Of a DNA stretch of 64,000 nucleotides, positions 39,393 through 48,233 are shown in pieces; positions within the stretch are counted from its first letter, which is position 1; each line of letters starts with the position of its first letter. The translations under genes and the position numbers were made by a program. Origin of the DNA: Bacilli bacterium (GTDB lineage Bacteria; Bacillota_I; Bacilli_A; RFN20; CAG-826); NCBI GenBank assembly GCA_045628045.1, contig JAZQOV010000003.1, positions 1 to 64,000 of the forward strand. Direction: 5' to 3'. Under the pieces are notes generated by a model. That model made no database searches. It was not told where the DNA came from and worked only from the letters and a program-made list of their open reading frames with translations.

Positions 39393-40121
39393 TTATCTTT
39401 TATATTCTTTTGGAGCAGGAATTGGATTTCTCTTATGCTCACTAACCTTATGAAGATGTTCAATTCTTTCTTTAATCTCTTTAGGAACTTTCTTTCCAAT
39501 TAAGAAATTATCTAAATCCTCATACTTAATTCCCATCTCTTTTTCGTCGGTTTGTCCTTCAAATAAACCAGCAGAAGGAACACGATTTGCTAAAACTGAT
39601 GATAAACCATAAATTTCAGCAGCTTCTCTAACTTCTTTTTTAGTTAAATAAACAATCGGAAGAACATCAACTGCACCATCGCCATATTTAGTGAAATAAC
39701 CAACATATCTTTCATCCATATTATCGGTTCCAAGCACTAAACCATTATGCTCTTGAGCATAAGCAAATAATGCAACCATACGCATTCTAACCTTAAGGTT
39801 AGATTTTGTTAACCTAATAAAATCTTTTCCTTTAAGATTTTTTAAATAAGATTTATATGTTTTTGTTAAATTTATAACCTCGAGATTTACATCTAATTGT
39901 CTAGCAACTTCTTTTGCATCAACAATATCTTGTTTATTTGATTCAATATCAATCGCATAACAAAATAATTTATCTTTTCCTACTGCTTTTTTTGCAATTG
40001 CTGCAACCAAAGAAGAATCGACTCCACCAGAAAGACCTAAAACATAGCTTTTCGCATGAGCTTCATTTAAATAATCTTTTAAAAACTTTTCAACTTCTTT
40101 TAAATATTTTGTAAGTTCCAT
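39393..40121 (-). CDS. nadE: NH3-dependent NAD+ synthetase
   Basis: GLSGGVDS, NLKVRMRM, GYFTKYGDG and PSAGLFEGQTDE motifs. Confidence 0.96.
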   Translation of the reverse strand: MELTKYLKEVEKFLKDYLNEAHAKSYVLGLSGGVDSSLVAAIAKKAVGKDKLFCYAIDIESNKQDIVDAKEVARQLDVNLEVINLTKTYKSYLKNLKGKDFIRLTKSNLKVRMRMVALFAYAQEHNGLVLGTDNMDERYVGYFTKYGDGAVDVLPIVYLTKKEVREAAEIYGLSSVLANRVPSAGLFEGQTDEKEMGIKYEDLDNFLIGKKVPKEIKERIEHLHKVSEHKRNPIPAPKEYKR

Positions 40122-40123
40122 AA

Positions 40124-41392
40124 TTATTCTAAGTATTCGAATTCAAAGTCACATAAAATGACAGTGTCTCCGTCCACCGCGCCTTTCTCTTTAAGAGCCT
40201 TTTCAACTTCAATCTTTTGAAGATATGAAATTAATTTCATTAAACCTTCATCAGTTGAAATGTTAATAAGTCCATAAGTTCTTTCAATTGATTCACCAAC
40301 GATTCTAAATACGTGATCTTTTTCATGAACAATTTCAAAGATTGGTTTACTTGAATCATAGGCATTATAAACTTTCGTGCCGGAAGGATTTTCTTCAGTT
40401 TCAAGTGGGAATCTATTTGTTGTAGAAAGCAATTCGTGGCATTTGTTTAAAATCTCTTCAACACCTAAATTTGTTAAGCTTGATAAAGAATAAACTTTGC
40501 CTTTAAAATGTTTCTTAAATTCTTTGAATTTATCACTAGCTTCATCAGAATCCATTTTACTTGCGACAACAATAAGTGGTCTTTTATCAAGTCCCATTCC
40601 ATATTGTTTTAATTCATTTTGAATAATTTTGTAATTTTCGTATGGATTTTCTTCTTCCATAGAAACAAGGTGAACAATAACACGACAACGTTCAAGATGT
40701 CTTAAAAATGCAAGACCAAGTCCTTTGCCATTTGAGGCTCCTTCGATTAGGCCTGGAAGATCTGCCATAACAAATGATCCAAGTTTTGAATTTACAACTC
40801 CAAGATTTGGTTCAATTGTCGTAAAAGGATAATCAGCAATTTCTGGATTTGCGTTACTAACAACACTTAAAAGTGTTGATTTTCCAGCATTTGGAAGTCC
40901 AACAAGTCCAACATCCGCTAAAAGTTTAAGCTCAAGAATTAATCTTTTGTTTTCACCTGGCAAACCATTCTCGGCAATACGAGGGCATTTATTTCTGTCG
41001 GATTTAAATGCAGCATTTCCACGACCGCCACGCCCGCCTTTTGCGATAGTAACCATTTGACCGTCTTCAGATAAATCACAAATAAATTTATGATCTTTTT
41101 CTTCGTAAACTACTGTTCCACAAGGAACGTCAACGATTACATCTTGTGCGCTATGGCCATATTTATTTTTTGGACCGCCTTTTTCGCCTTCTGGTCCGAT
41201 AAAAACTTTTGAATGTCTAAAATTAAATAAAGTGTTAATCGATTTGTTCGCTCTAAAAATAATGGAAGCTCCTCTTCCACCATTTCCTCCGGAAGGTCCA
41301 CCTTTTTCAACGCACTTCTCGCGAAGAAAAGCAATCATGCCATCTCCGCCTTTTCCGGATCTAACTTCAATAACAACTTTGTCTATGAACAT
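40124..41392 (-). CDS. obg: GTPase Obg (CgtA)
   Basis: MFIDKV start at 41392; Gly-rich Obg fold; GLPNAGKST, YPFTT, DLPG; C-terminal DUF1967. Confidence 0.96.
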   Translation of the reverse strand: MFIDKVVIEVRSGKGGDGMIAFLREKCVEKGGPSGGNGGRGASIIFRANKSINTLFNFRHSKVFIGPEGEKGGPKNKYGHSAQDVIVDVPCGTVVYEEKDHKFICDLSEDGQMVTIAKGGRGGRGNAAFKSDRNKCPRIAENGLPGENKRLILELKLLADVGLVGLPNAGKSTLLSVVSNANPEIADYPFTTIEPNLGVVNSKLGSFVMADLPGLIEGASNGKGLGLAFLRHLERCRVIVHLVSMEEENPYENYKIIQNELKQYGMGLDKRPLIVVASKMDSDEASDKFKEFKKHFKGKVYSLSSLTNLGVEEILNKCHELLSTTNRFPLETEENPSGTKVYNAYDSSKPIFEIVHEKDHVFRIVGESIERTYGLINISTDEGLMKLISYLQKIEVEKALKEKGAVDGDTVILCDFEFEYLE

Positions 41393-41417
41393 ACTTACAT
41401 TATACACGTAAGTGTAC

Positions 41418-41445
41418 AAAAAAGACCACAATTTTATGTGGTCTT
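41418..41445 (-). terminator. Terminator after rpmA
   Basis: AAGACCACA..TGTGGTCTT plus T tract. Confidence 0.8.
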
Positions 41446-41465
41446 ATTGATTTTTGTTTTTCTAA

Positions 41466-41747
41466 CTACTTTGCGTAGACAGAAGCACGTGTTTTGTTTT
41501 TACCGACTCTTTCGTATTTAACAATACCGTCGATTGTAGCAAAGATTGTGTCATCTCCGCCACGTTTTGCATTAACACCTGGAAGGATTTTGGTACCTCT
41601 TTGACGATAGATAATGCTGCCTGCATGACAGAATTCGCCATCTGATAATTTAGCACCTAATCTTTTTGATTCTGAATCGCGGCCGTTCTTTGTAGAACCG
41701 ACACCCTTTTTAGAAGCAAAGAGTTGAAGATCTAATATAAATAACAT
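41466..41747 (-). CDS. rpmA: 50S ribosomal protein L27 with a Prp-cleaved N-terminal extension
   Basis: LDLQLF|[15 protein letters not shown]. Confidence 0.97.
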   Translation of the reverse strand: MLFILDLQLFASKKGVGSTKNGRDSESKRLGAKLSDGEFCHAGSIIYRQRGTKILPGVNAKRGGDDTIFATIDGIVKYERVGKNKTRASVYAK

Positions 41748-41749
41748 AA

Positions 41750-42061
41750 CTAATTTCCTTTCTCGATTATTTGAAGGAACTTTTTACTCGTTTGTTCAAC
41801 AGTTTTGAATTGAACAACCATTGTTTCAAGCACTTCATAATCGTGTTCATTAGCATGACTAATTTCTTTAATTGATGCATCACCAGAATCTAATTTAATT
41901 GCAAAGCAATTAGGTTTAGATAAGGCGTTACAACCTCCCACAAGGATTGAACTTACTGCTGCGCAGACAAGGTCTTCTCCTTTTGGAGCAGAATTAGCAT
42001 GCCCTTTAACGGTTAGATTAATAATCTTTCCGTCTTTACGAGTTGCCTCAATTTTAATCAT
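41750..42061 (-). CDS. prp: Ribosomal-processing cysteine protease Prp (YsxB)
   Basis: [13 protein letters not shown]; lies between rplU and rpmA. Confidence 0.93.
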   Translation of the reverse strand: MIKIEATRKDGKIINLTVKGHANSAPKGEDLVCAAVSSILVGGCNALSKPNCFAIKLDSGDASIKEISHANEHDYEVLETMVVQFKTVEQTSKKFLQIIEKGN

Positions 42062-42064
42062 AAA

Positions 42065-42373
42065 TTAGGCAATTGATTCAACAAGTAAGCAAGTATATGG
42101 TTGTCTATGACCAATCATTCTACGTGCTGAATTGTGTTTAGCTTTGTATTTGTAGATGCGAATCTTTTTGCCAAGGCCGTTTTTAACAACTTTAGCGACA
42201 ACTTTTGCACCTTCAACGTATGGTGTACCAACTTTAACTTCTTTGTCAGCGACTAAGAGAACTTTGTCAAATGTGTACTTTTCGTTTTCCTTAACTTCAA
42301 GTTTTTCAACAAAAATCTTTTGTCCAACTTCAACGCGGACTTGTTTTCCACCAGTTTCAATTATAGCGTACAT
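42065..42373 (-). CDS. rplU: 50S ribosomal protein L21
   Basis: [18 protein letters not shown]. Confidence 0.97.
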   Translation of the reverse strand: MYAIIETGGKQVRVEVGQKIFVEKLEVKENEKYTFDKVLLVADKEVKVGTPYVEGAKVVAKVVKNGLGKKIRIYKYKAKHNSARRMIGHRQPYTCLLVESIA

Positions 42374-42384
42374 TTAAATACCTC

Positions 42385-42480
42385 TACTTTCTCACTAAGG
42401 ACTCGCTATTAAGGTGTAATGACAAAGTCATTAACTTGATAAACCTTCTCTATGCGGTTGTAGCTCGTGAGGCGACAACG
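42385..42480 (-). ncRNA. L21 leader (ribosomal protein autoregulatory RNA)
   Basis: CAACCGCAUAG..AGG..CACCU..UAGCGAGUC elements directly upstream of rplU. Confidence 0.75.
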
Positions 42481-42581
42481 TTTATAATATTAATATTATC
42501 TTCATATTTTGTAAAGAATTTTATTTGTAATAAATCCTTTTTGGTTATTTGTATTATTGAAATGCAAAACTTAGGATTGCG

Positions 42582-42714
42582 TGGTTGACTGCTTACGTGA
42601 CATTGTAGCCGACTTTTTAATTTATAAAGTAAATTCTTGAATTATTCTACAGATAATCTTATAATAATTTTGGTCGGTTGATTATACCTTAAATGCGTTC
42701 TATACCGACTTTTT
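42582..42714. repeat. Two related hairpin units (GGTYGRYTG..TA.[A]CCGACTTTTT) about 96 bp apart
   Basis: GGTTGACTGC..GTAGCCGACTTTTT at 42583-42618 and GGTCGGTTG..TATACCGACTTTTT at 42672-42714. Confidence 0.5.
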
Positions 42715-43038
42715 CTTTTGCTTTTTTATTCGTTTTACTTTTCGTTTATCATTAATATTAAACGACCATTCTTTTAAATTTTTATCTTCAAATGAAGATA
42801 ATTCATCAATATAAATCTTTGGAATTAGATAATATTTATCTAAGATTTTGTCCTTATTTGGATTCGGATGTTTATATAGAGGCACATTAACAAGTATTAC
42901 TTTAGTGTTATTTTTCTTATGCTTTAAGATATTTGGTTTAGTGGTGATGAGAATATTTTTTCTTTTCTTTCCTAATTCTTTAAACAAATAGGCATAATGT
43001 TTTCTCTTCTTATTGAATCTAAATTCACTTAAAGACAT
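42700..43038 (-). CDS. Hypothetical small, highly basic protein (112 aa)
   Basis: GGAG SD inside the radC 3' end; very AT-rich; Lys-rich; EFRFN..HYAY and LYKHPNP motifs. Confidence 0.7.
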   Translation of the reverse strand: MSLSEFRFNKKRKHYAYLFKELGKKRKNILITTKPNILKHKKNNTKVILVNVPLYKHPNPNKDKILDKYYLIPKIYIDELSSFEDKNLKEWSFNINDKRKVKRIKKQKKKSV

Positions 43039-43040
43039 AT

Positions 43041-43709
43041 TTATTTCTCCTGGTTAAATGAATAATACCCGTCTTTAAAAATAATAATGTGATCCACTAA
43101 TTTAATACCTAAGTTTTTCGCAGATTTTTCAATTGCCTTTGTAGCTAAAATATCATCATCACTTGCAGAAGTTTCACCATCAGGATGATTGTGAATTAAA
43201 ATGAAACCTTTAGCTTTAGCTAATATTATCTGTTGAAGTATCTCTCTAACGTCAATTGAAAAGGTATCAAAAGTGCCTTTATAAAGTAACTTTTCTTGCT
43301 TAATTCTATTCTTTGAATCAAGCATAATTATAAGAAGAACTTCTTGATCATAATTTTCAAGATATTGATAACGCAAATAAACTTCCTCAGAAGATTTAAT
43401 TTGCTCGTCTTTTTGATATTTTGAAGAATTAAGTCTATGGTGAAATTCAAAAGTCGCCATGAGTCTTAAGGCATAGCCTTCTTTTAAACCTTTGTGTTCC
43501 ATTAACGCTGAAATAGAAGCATTTGATAAAGAATACATCGAATTAAAATATGAAGACAAAAGATCATTAGCAATTTCTAAAGCTGAATTATTTGGTCCAC
43601 CAGAACCAATAAGAAGTGCTAATAATTCTTGATCGCTTAATTCTTCAATTCCATAACGTAAAGCCTTTTCGCGCGGGCGTAAATTAATAGGAATATCAGC
43701 TATTTTCAT
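43041..43709 (-). CDS. radC: RadC family JAB-domain protein
   Basis: PREKA..G...LSD.ELLA; intact HNHPDG..S..D JAB motif; LVDHII. Confidence 0.93.
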   Translation of the reverse strand: MKIADIPINLRPREKALRYGIEELSDQELLALLIGSGGPNNSALEIANDLLSSYFNSMYSLSNASISALMEHKGLKEGYALRLMATFEFHHRLNSSKYQKDEQIKSSEEVYLRYQYLENYDQEVLLIIMLDSKNRIKQEKLLYKGTFDTFSIDVREILQQIILAKAKGFILIHNHPDGETSASDDDILATKAIEKSAKNLGIKLVDHIIIFKDGYYSFNQEK

Positions 43710-43885
43710 TACTTCCAGCTAAATTTCCATCCGCCTGGTACAGTTGAACTTCCTTCTTCTGACATAAACATCTTATACATAATGACCGCAACAAGCGCAA
43801 TCGCGCACACGGCCATGACTGTCGCTAAGGCAACTTCACCAGTCACAATTGTTTGCATATCTTTCTTTGATAATTTGTATTTCAT
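43709..43885 (-). CDS. 58-aa peptide with a double-glycine-type leader and hydrophobic core (MKYKLSKKDMQTIVTG/EVALATVMAVCAIALVAVIMYKMFMSEEGSSTVPGGWKFSWK)
   Basis: AGGAGG SD 7 nt before ATG; TAATG stop/start overlap with radC; below the ORF-track length cutoff. Confidence 0.8.
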   Translation of the reverse strand: MKYKLSKKDMQTIVTGEVALATVMAVCAIALVAVIMYKMFMSEEGSSTVPGGWKFSWK

Positions 43886-43939
43886 AACACATCCTCCTAC
43901 ATACTAATTAGAGATTTTTTGGAGAAAATGTTAATAAAT

Positions 43940-43964
43940 AAAAAAAGGAACCTATAGGTTCCTT
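43940..43964 (-). terminator. Terminator after greA
   Basis: AAGGAACC-TATA-GGTTCCTT plus T tract. Confidence 0.85.
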
Positions 43965-43983
43965 AATTTTTAGAGTTTTTTTC

Positions 43984-44454
43984 TTACTTAGTTTCAATCT
44001 TAAGAATTTCGACTTTGTATTCTTTCATTGCGTGAACAGAAACAATGTCACCAACATTCTTATCAACAAGAGCTTTTCCAAGTGGTGAAACATTTGAAAT
44101 TAATCCTTTTAATGGATTTGCTTCAACTGTTCCAACAATTGTATAGCTTGCAGTTGAATTATCAGTTAAATCTTTGATTGTAACTGTAGATCCAAGGAAA
44201 ACACCTTTTGCCTTGGATTTTTCGGAAATGATTTTAACATTTGCGAGAATATTTTCGATTTCTTTAATACGGCCTTCGATTTCAGCTTGTTTTGTTCTTG
44301 CTGCATCGTAATCAGCGTTTTCGCTTAAGTCGCCTTGTGCACGAGCTGCTTGAAGAGCTTCAATACAAGCTGGGCGATCAATATCAATTAAGTGGCGTAA
44401 TTCTTTTTCTAACTTTTCAGCGCCTTCTTTAGTAAGTTCAATTTTGTTAACCAT
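43984..44454 (-). CDS. greA: Transcription elongation factor GreA
   Basis: ARAQGDLSENADY and ISNVSPLGKAL motifs. Confidence 0.97.
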   Translation of the reverse strand: MVNKIELTKEGAEKLEKELRHLIDIDRPACIEALQAARAQGDLSENADYDAARTKQAEIEGRIKEIENILANVKIISEKSKAKGVFLGSTVTIKDLTDNSTASYTIVGTVEANPLKGLISNVSPLGKALVDKNVGDIVSVHAMKEYKVEILKIETK

Positions 44455-44514
44455 GAGTCTAATCTCCTAAATTGCATTAAAGAGTTTATCAATACTCTTT
44501 CTTTTTGTAAATTA

Positions 44515-44781
44515 TTATTTTTTAATCTCTTGAATCTTTTCGTCATTCATATATGCATTAAAGACTTCTTCTGCTTCTGCATATTCTTCATCATCTTCAA
44601 TTTCTTCAAGAGCTCCATCCTTTTCATTAACAGAGAAAACAAGAATGTTATCTTCATCATCTTTCTCATAGAGAAAAACATATTGTTTTTTGCGTTGTTC
44701 TGATTCGTAAGTGAACAAAATTTTCATGACTTTTTCTTCACCAGAATCAGTCGTAATAATCATTTCATCATCAAGTATCAT
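44515..44781 (-). CDS. DUF1292 family protein (YrzB-like)
   Basis: Acidic protein with ILFTY..K.YV and LEEIEDDEEY..EEVFN; downstream of ruvX. Confidence 0.85.
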   Translation of the reverse strand: MILDDEMIITTDSGEEKVMKILFTYESEQRKKQYVFLYEKDDEDNILVFSVNEKDGALEEIEDDEEYAEAEEVFNAYMNDEKIQEIKK

Positions 44782-45209
44782 TTCTTTTCTCCAAATTTTT
44801 CTAAATATCTTTCTAAAATGACAACTGCTGCCATTTCATCGATAATTTCTTTTCGTTTCTCGTAGCTTAATCCAGTTACTTTTAACTTTTCGTCAGCCTC
44901 GATTGTTGAATAACTTTCATCAATCATTTCGATGTGAAGTTCTGGATTAGATTTTATTAAATCATCTCTAAAACGAAGACAACTTTGAGCATGTGGGGAA
45001 ACGTCTCCTGAAGAATATAAAGGCATTCCTAACGCAATAGTTTTAATGCCTTCTTTTTTACAAAGTTCAAGAACATGTTCTCTTGCCTTTTTAAAGTTGC
45101 CAGGCTCAAATCTAAAAGTCTCAACGCCATGTGCTGCGATTCTTAAAGAATCGGTTTCAGCAATTCCGATAGTTGTAGTACCTAAATCTAAACCGAGAAT
45201 TTTATCCAT
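44778..45209 (-). CDS. ruvX: YqgF/RuvX pre-16S rRNA nuclease
   Basis: ILGLDLG..IGIA, GMP, DESYST and ID..AA..IL motifs. Confidence 0.93.
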   Translation of the reverse strand: MDKILGLDLGTTTIGIAETDSLRIAAHGVETFRFEPGNFKKAREHVLELCKKEGIKTIALGMPLYSSGDVSPHAQSCLRFRDDLIKSNPELHIEMIDESYSTIEADEKLKVTGLSYEKRKEIIDEMAAVVILERYLEKFGEKK

Positions 45210-47809
45210 TATTTAATAAGTCCTTTAAACGTTTCAAAGGCTTCTGGAAGTTTTGAAAGTAAACGTCCACGACCATTTGCCATATTTGGACGCCCTCCGC
45301 CACCGCCACCTAAAACTTTAGCAACTTCTCTTACTAAATCTCCGGCCTTATTATTTTCAAGTGCTTTTCCGCCTGCAAAAATAGCAATTGGAAGTTCACC
45401 ATCTTGTCCACCAACAAGAAGAATGACGTAGTCATTAAATTTAACTTTTAATTCATCGCCAATGGAATTAATGTTGTCCATTGAGTTGCCTTCAAAGTGT
45501 TTGCAAAGAACTTTATAACCTTTAATTTCTTCAAATTCTGCTTCAACATTTGCAGCATTTTGATGTGAAATTTTGTCCATCATTGAATCAAGTTTTTTAT
45601 TAGCTTCATTTAACTTATTTAATAAGTCATGTGCACGCGCTAAAGCTTCTTTAGCATTTGTGCATCCAATTGACTTACATACAGCCATTAAAGCATCTTC
45701 CTTCTCTTTGAGAAGCTTGTAGCCACCAATTGATGATCTTCCTTGAATTCTACGGACTCCTGCAGCAACAGAAGATTCAGATTCGATTACAAATACGCCA
45801 ATGTCTGAAGTATTTTTAACATGGCAGCCACCGCAGAATTCAATAGATTCATTACCGAATTTAACAACACGGACTGAATCACCATATTTTTCTGAGAAGA
45901 ATGCTTTAGCTCCAAGTTTGCTTGCTTCTTCCTTATTCATAACTTTGATATCAGATGGAATTGCTTGAGCAATTAATTTATTAACTTCTGCTTCAATAGC
46001 ATGAAGTTGCTCATCTGAAATCTTCTCATAATGGTTAAAGTCAAATCTCATGTATTCATCACATACAAAAGAACCCATTTGTTTAATTTGATTGCCTAAA
46101 ACTTTATCAAGCGCAGTTTGAAGTAAGTGAGTTGCAGAGTGATTTCTTTCAATAAGTTTACGTTTTTCAACATCAAGTGAAACATGTAATTTATCACGAA
46201 CTTTAACGCTTCCTTTAATAACTTTTACTGAATGTAAATGTTGTTTATTAGGAGCTTTTTGAGTTGAAATAACTTCTAGTTCAACATCTTTAGATGTTAA
46301 TTTACCTGTATCGGCGATTTCACCACCCATTTCAGCATAGAAATTTGTTTTATCAAGAATGACTTCGCCTTCATCAGAAATGGCGTCCACTTTAACACCG
46401 TCTTTAAATAAACCGATGACTTTTGCGTCGAGTTCATCGTGCTCATAAACAAACTCTGAAGGTTCCTTAAAATCAAGAAGATCTTTAGATTGTTTGTGCA
46501 TGGATTGTTCACCAGAACGAGCATTTCTTGCTCTTTCTTTTTGAGCTTCCATTTCTTTTTCAAAGCCTTTTTCGTCAACTTCAACACCCATTTCTTTACA
46601 AATATCTTTTGTTAAATCAAGTGGGAATCCGAAAGTGTCATAAAGCATAAAAGCATCTTTCCCATCAAGGACTTTTTTGCTTTCAAGCTTTTCACGAAGC
46701 AAAGCTTCGCCACTCTCTAATGTGACAATGAACTTTTCTTCTTCAGCCTTTAACATTTTTGAAATATGTTCAATTTTATCCATGTATTCTGGATAGAATT
46801 CTTTGTATTTCTCTGCGACGACTGGAACAAGAGTGTACATAAATGGTTTATGAATTCCGATTTGTTTTGCAAATCTCATAGCTCTACGGACAAGTCTACG
46901 TAAAACGTAGCCACGTCCTTCATTTGAGAACATTTCTCCATCGCCAATTGCAAATGTAACAGCACGAATATGGTCTGCAATAACTCTGTAAGGAGTCAAA
47001 TTTGGTGCTTTATAAGGGACACTTGCAATCTTTTCAACAGCTTTAATAATTGGTTCAAATAAATCTGTTTCAAAGTTTGTGTCAGTTTCTTGCAAGACTG
47101 ATGCAATTCTCTCTAAACCTGCACCAGTATCAATGTTTTTAGATGGTAATTCTTTGTATTCACTACGTGGAATTCCAGGTTGAGCATTAAATTGTGAGAA
47201 AACAATTCCCCAAATTTCAATGTATCTATCGTTTTCAATTTCTTCACGTAAGAGTTTTTCTCCTAAGTGATTTGGATCGTATTTTTCACCACGATCAAAG
47301 AAGACTTCAGTGTTTGGGCCTGCTGGACCTTCACCAATTTCCCAATAGTTTCCTTCAAGTGGAATAAGATGTGATTCTTCAACACCTTGTGCAAGCCAAA
47401 GTTTATGAGTTTCTTCATCAATTGGGTTATAAGTAAAATAAAGTTTATCTTTTGGCATTTCGAATTCTTTAGTTAAAATTTCAAAAGCCCAAGCAACAAC
47501 TTCTTTCTTAAAATAATCTCCAATTGAGAAGTTTCCAAGCATTTCAAAAAGAGTTTGATGTCTAGCTGTAAAACCAACGTTTTCAATATCGTTTGTACGA
47601 ATTGATTTTTGAACGTTTGTGATTCTACGAGTTGGAGGAACTTCACTTCCATCCATATACTTCTTTAATGCAGCAACACCCGAGTTAATCCAAAGTAAAG
47701 ATGGATCATTATAAGGAATAAGGTTTGCTCCTTTTTCAATATGGTGTCCTTTTGATTCAAAGAATTTTAACCATGTTTCTCTGATTTGTTGACCTGTTAA
47801 TTTCTTCAT
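45209..47809 (-). CDS. alaS: Alanine-tRNA ligase
   Basis: QKSIRTNDIENVG, FEMLGNFS, IDTGAGLER, NHSATHLL..CGGCH editing site, GGGGG C-Ala. Confidence 0.98.
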   Translation of the reverse strand: MKKLTGQQIRETWLKFFESKGHHIEKGANLIPYNDPSLLWINSGVAALKKYMDGSEVPPTRRITNVQKSIRTNDIENVGFTARHQTLFEMLGNFSIGDYFKKEVVAWAFEILTKEFEMPKDKLYFTYNPIDEETHKLWLAQGVEESHLIPLEGNYWEIGEGPAGPNTEVFFDRGEKYDPNHLGEKLLREEIENDRYIEIWGIVFSQFNAQPGIPRSEYKELPSKNIDTGAGLERIASVLQETDTNFETDLFEPIIKAVEKIASVPYKAPNLTPYRVIADHIRAVTFAIGDGEMFSNEGRGYVLRRLVRRAMRFAKQIGIHKPFMYTLVPVVAEKYKEFYPEYMDKIEHISKMLKAEEEKFIVTLESGEALLREKLESKKVLDGKDAFMLYDTFGFPLDLTKDICKEMGVEVDEKGFEKEMEAQKERARNARSGEQSMHKQSKDLLDFKEPSEFVYEHDELDAKVIGLFKDGVKVDAISDEGEVILDKTNFYAEMGGEIADTGKLTSKDVELEVISTQKAPNKQHLHSVKVIKGSVKVRDKLHVSLDVEKRKLIERNHSATHLLQTALDKVLGNQIKQMGSFVCDEYMRFDFNHYEKISDEQLHAIEAEVNKLIAQAIPSDIKVMNKEEASKLGAKAFFSEKYGDSVRVVKFGNESIEFCGGCHVKNTSDIGVFVIESESSVAAGVRRIQGRSSIGGYKLLKEKEDALMAVCKSIGCTNAKEALARAHDLLNKLNEANKKLDSMMDKISHQNAANVEAEFEEIKGYKVLCKHFEGNSMDNINSIGDELKVKFNDYVILLVGGQDGELPIAIFAGGKALENNKAGDLVREVAKVLGGGGGGRPNMANGRGRLLSKLPEAFETFKGLIK

Positions 47810-47816
47810 TTTTTGG

Positions 47817-47977
47817 CCTCCTAAACAAAATAAAAAAGTATCAATTAGGAACGAGTTAATCGCGGTACCATCCTAATTCAATACTTTGTATTGCACTTCA
47901 TTAATTTGTCCTTAACGCAGAACTACGTCAACTTTCATTGACTCCAAAGGAGTAGCATTACGTTCCTTTATGGGAGT
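47817..47977 (-). ncRNA. T-box riboswitch (Ala, GCU specifier) with ultra-short Stem I; probably translational
   Basis: T-box AAUUAGGA-UGGUACC-GCG..CGU-UCCUAAUU; Stem II GUCAA/UUGAC; Stem IIA/B GUUCU-GCGUUA-AGGAC; Stem III CAAUAC/GUAUUG; TATAAT at 47984-47989. Confidence 0.88.
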
Positions 47978-48072
47978 TCTATAATTATACACTGAATTCA
48001 AATTCAGTAAACAAATTTTAATAGCAATTTATTTTAAATAAGATAAAATAATAAGCAAGGTAGGAAGCAAAA

Positions 48073-48144
48073 ATGATTACTAATTGCATTTCAAAAAATA
48101 GTAAAGTCAATGCTTTTTACTTTGGTTATTTTTACTATAGGTAA
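48073..48144 (+). CDS. Phe/Tyr-rich leader peptide MITNCISKNSKVNAFYFGYFYYR (23 aa)
   Basis: AGGTAGGAAG upstream of the ATG; 7 of 8 consecutive codons are Phe/Tyr; precedes an attenuator and an aromatic-amino-acid-type ABC importer. Confidence 0.75.
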   Translation: MITNCISKNSKVNAFYFGYFYYR

Positions 48145-48146
48145 TT

Positions 48147-48233
48147 GTTTCCTGCTGTAAAAATAATTGGTGGGAGACTTAAGTTGAACACCAAGCAAAG
48201 ATAGCCCGGTGTTCACTCCCGGGATTTATTTTT
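48147..48233 (+). promoter_or_regulatory. Transcription attenuator (mutually exclusive antiterminator and terminator)
   Basis: GTTTCCTGC/GTGGGAGAC; GGGAG+TGAACACC/GGTGTTCA+CTCCC; CCCGG/CCGGG plus TTTATTTTT. Confidence 0.65.

Noticed and set aside
41466-42061. L27 N-terminal extension plus cysteine protease
   Set aside because: The established Prp/L27 system of Firmicutes.
43041-43709. radC as a marker of a mobile or anti-restriction island
   Set aside because: Full-length chromosomal form in its usual position upstream of the rplU region.
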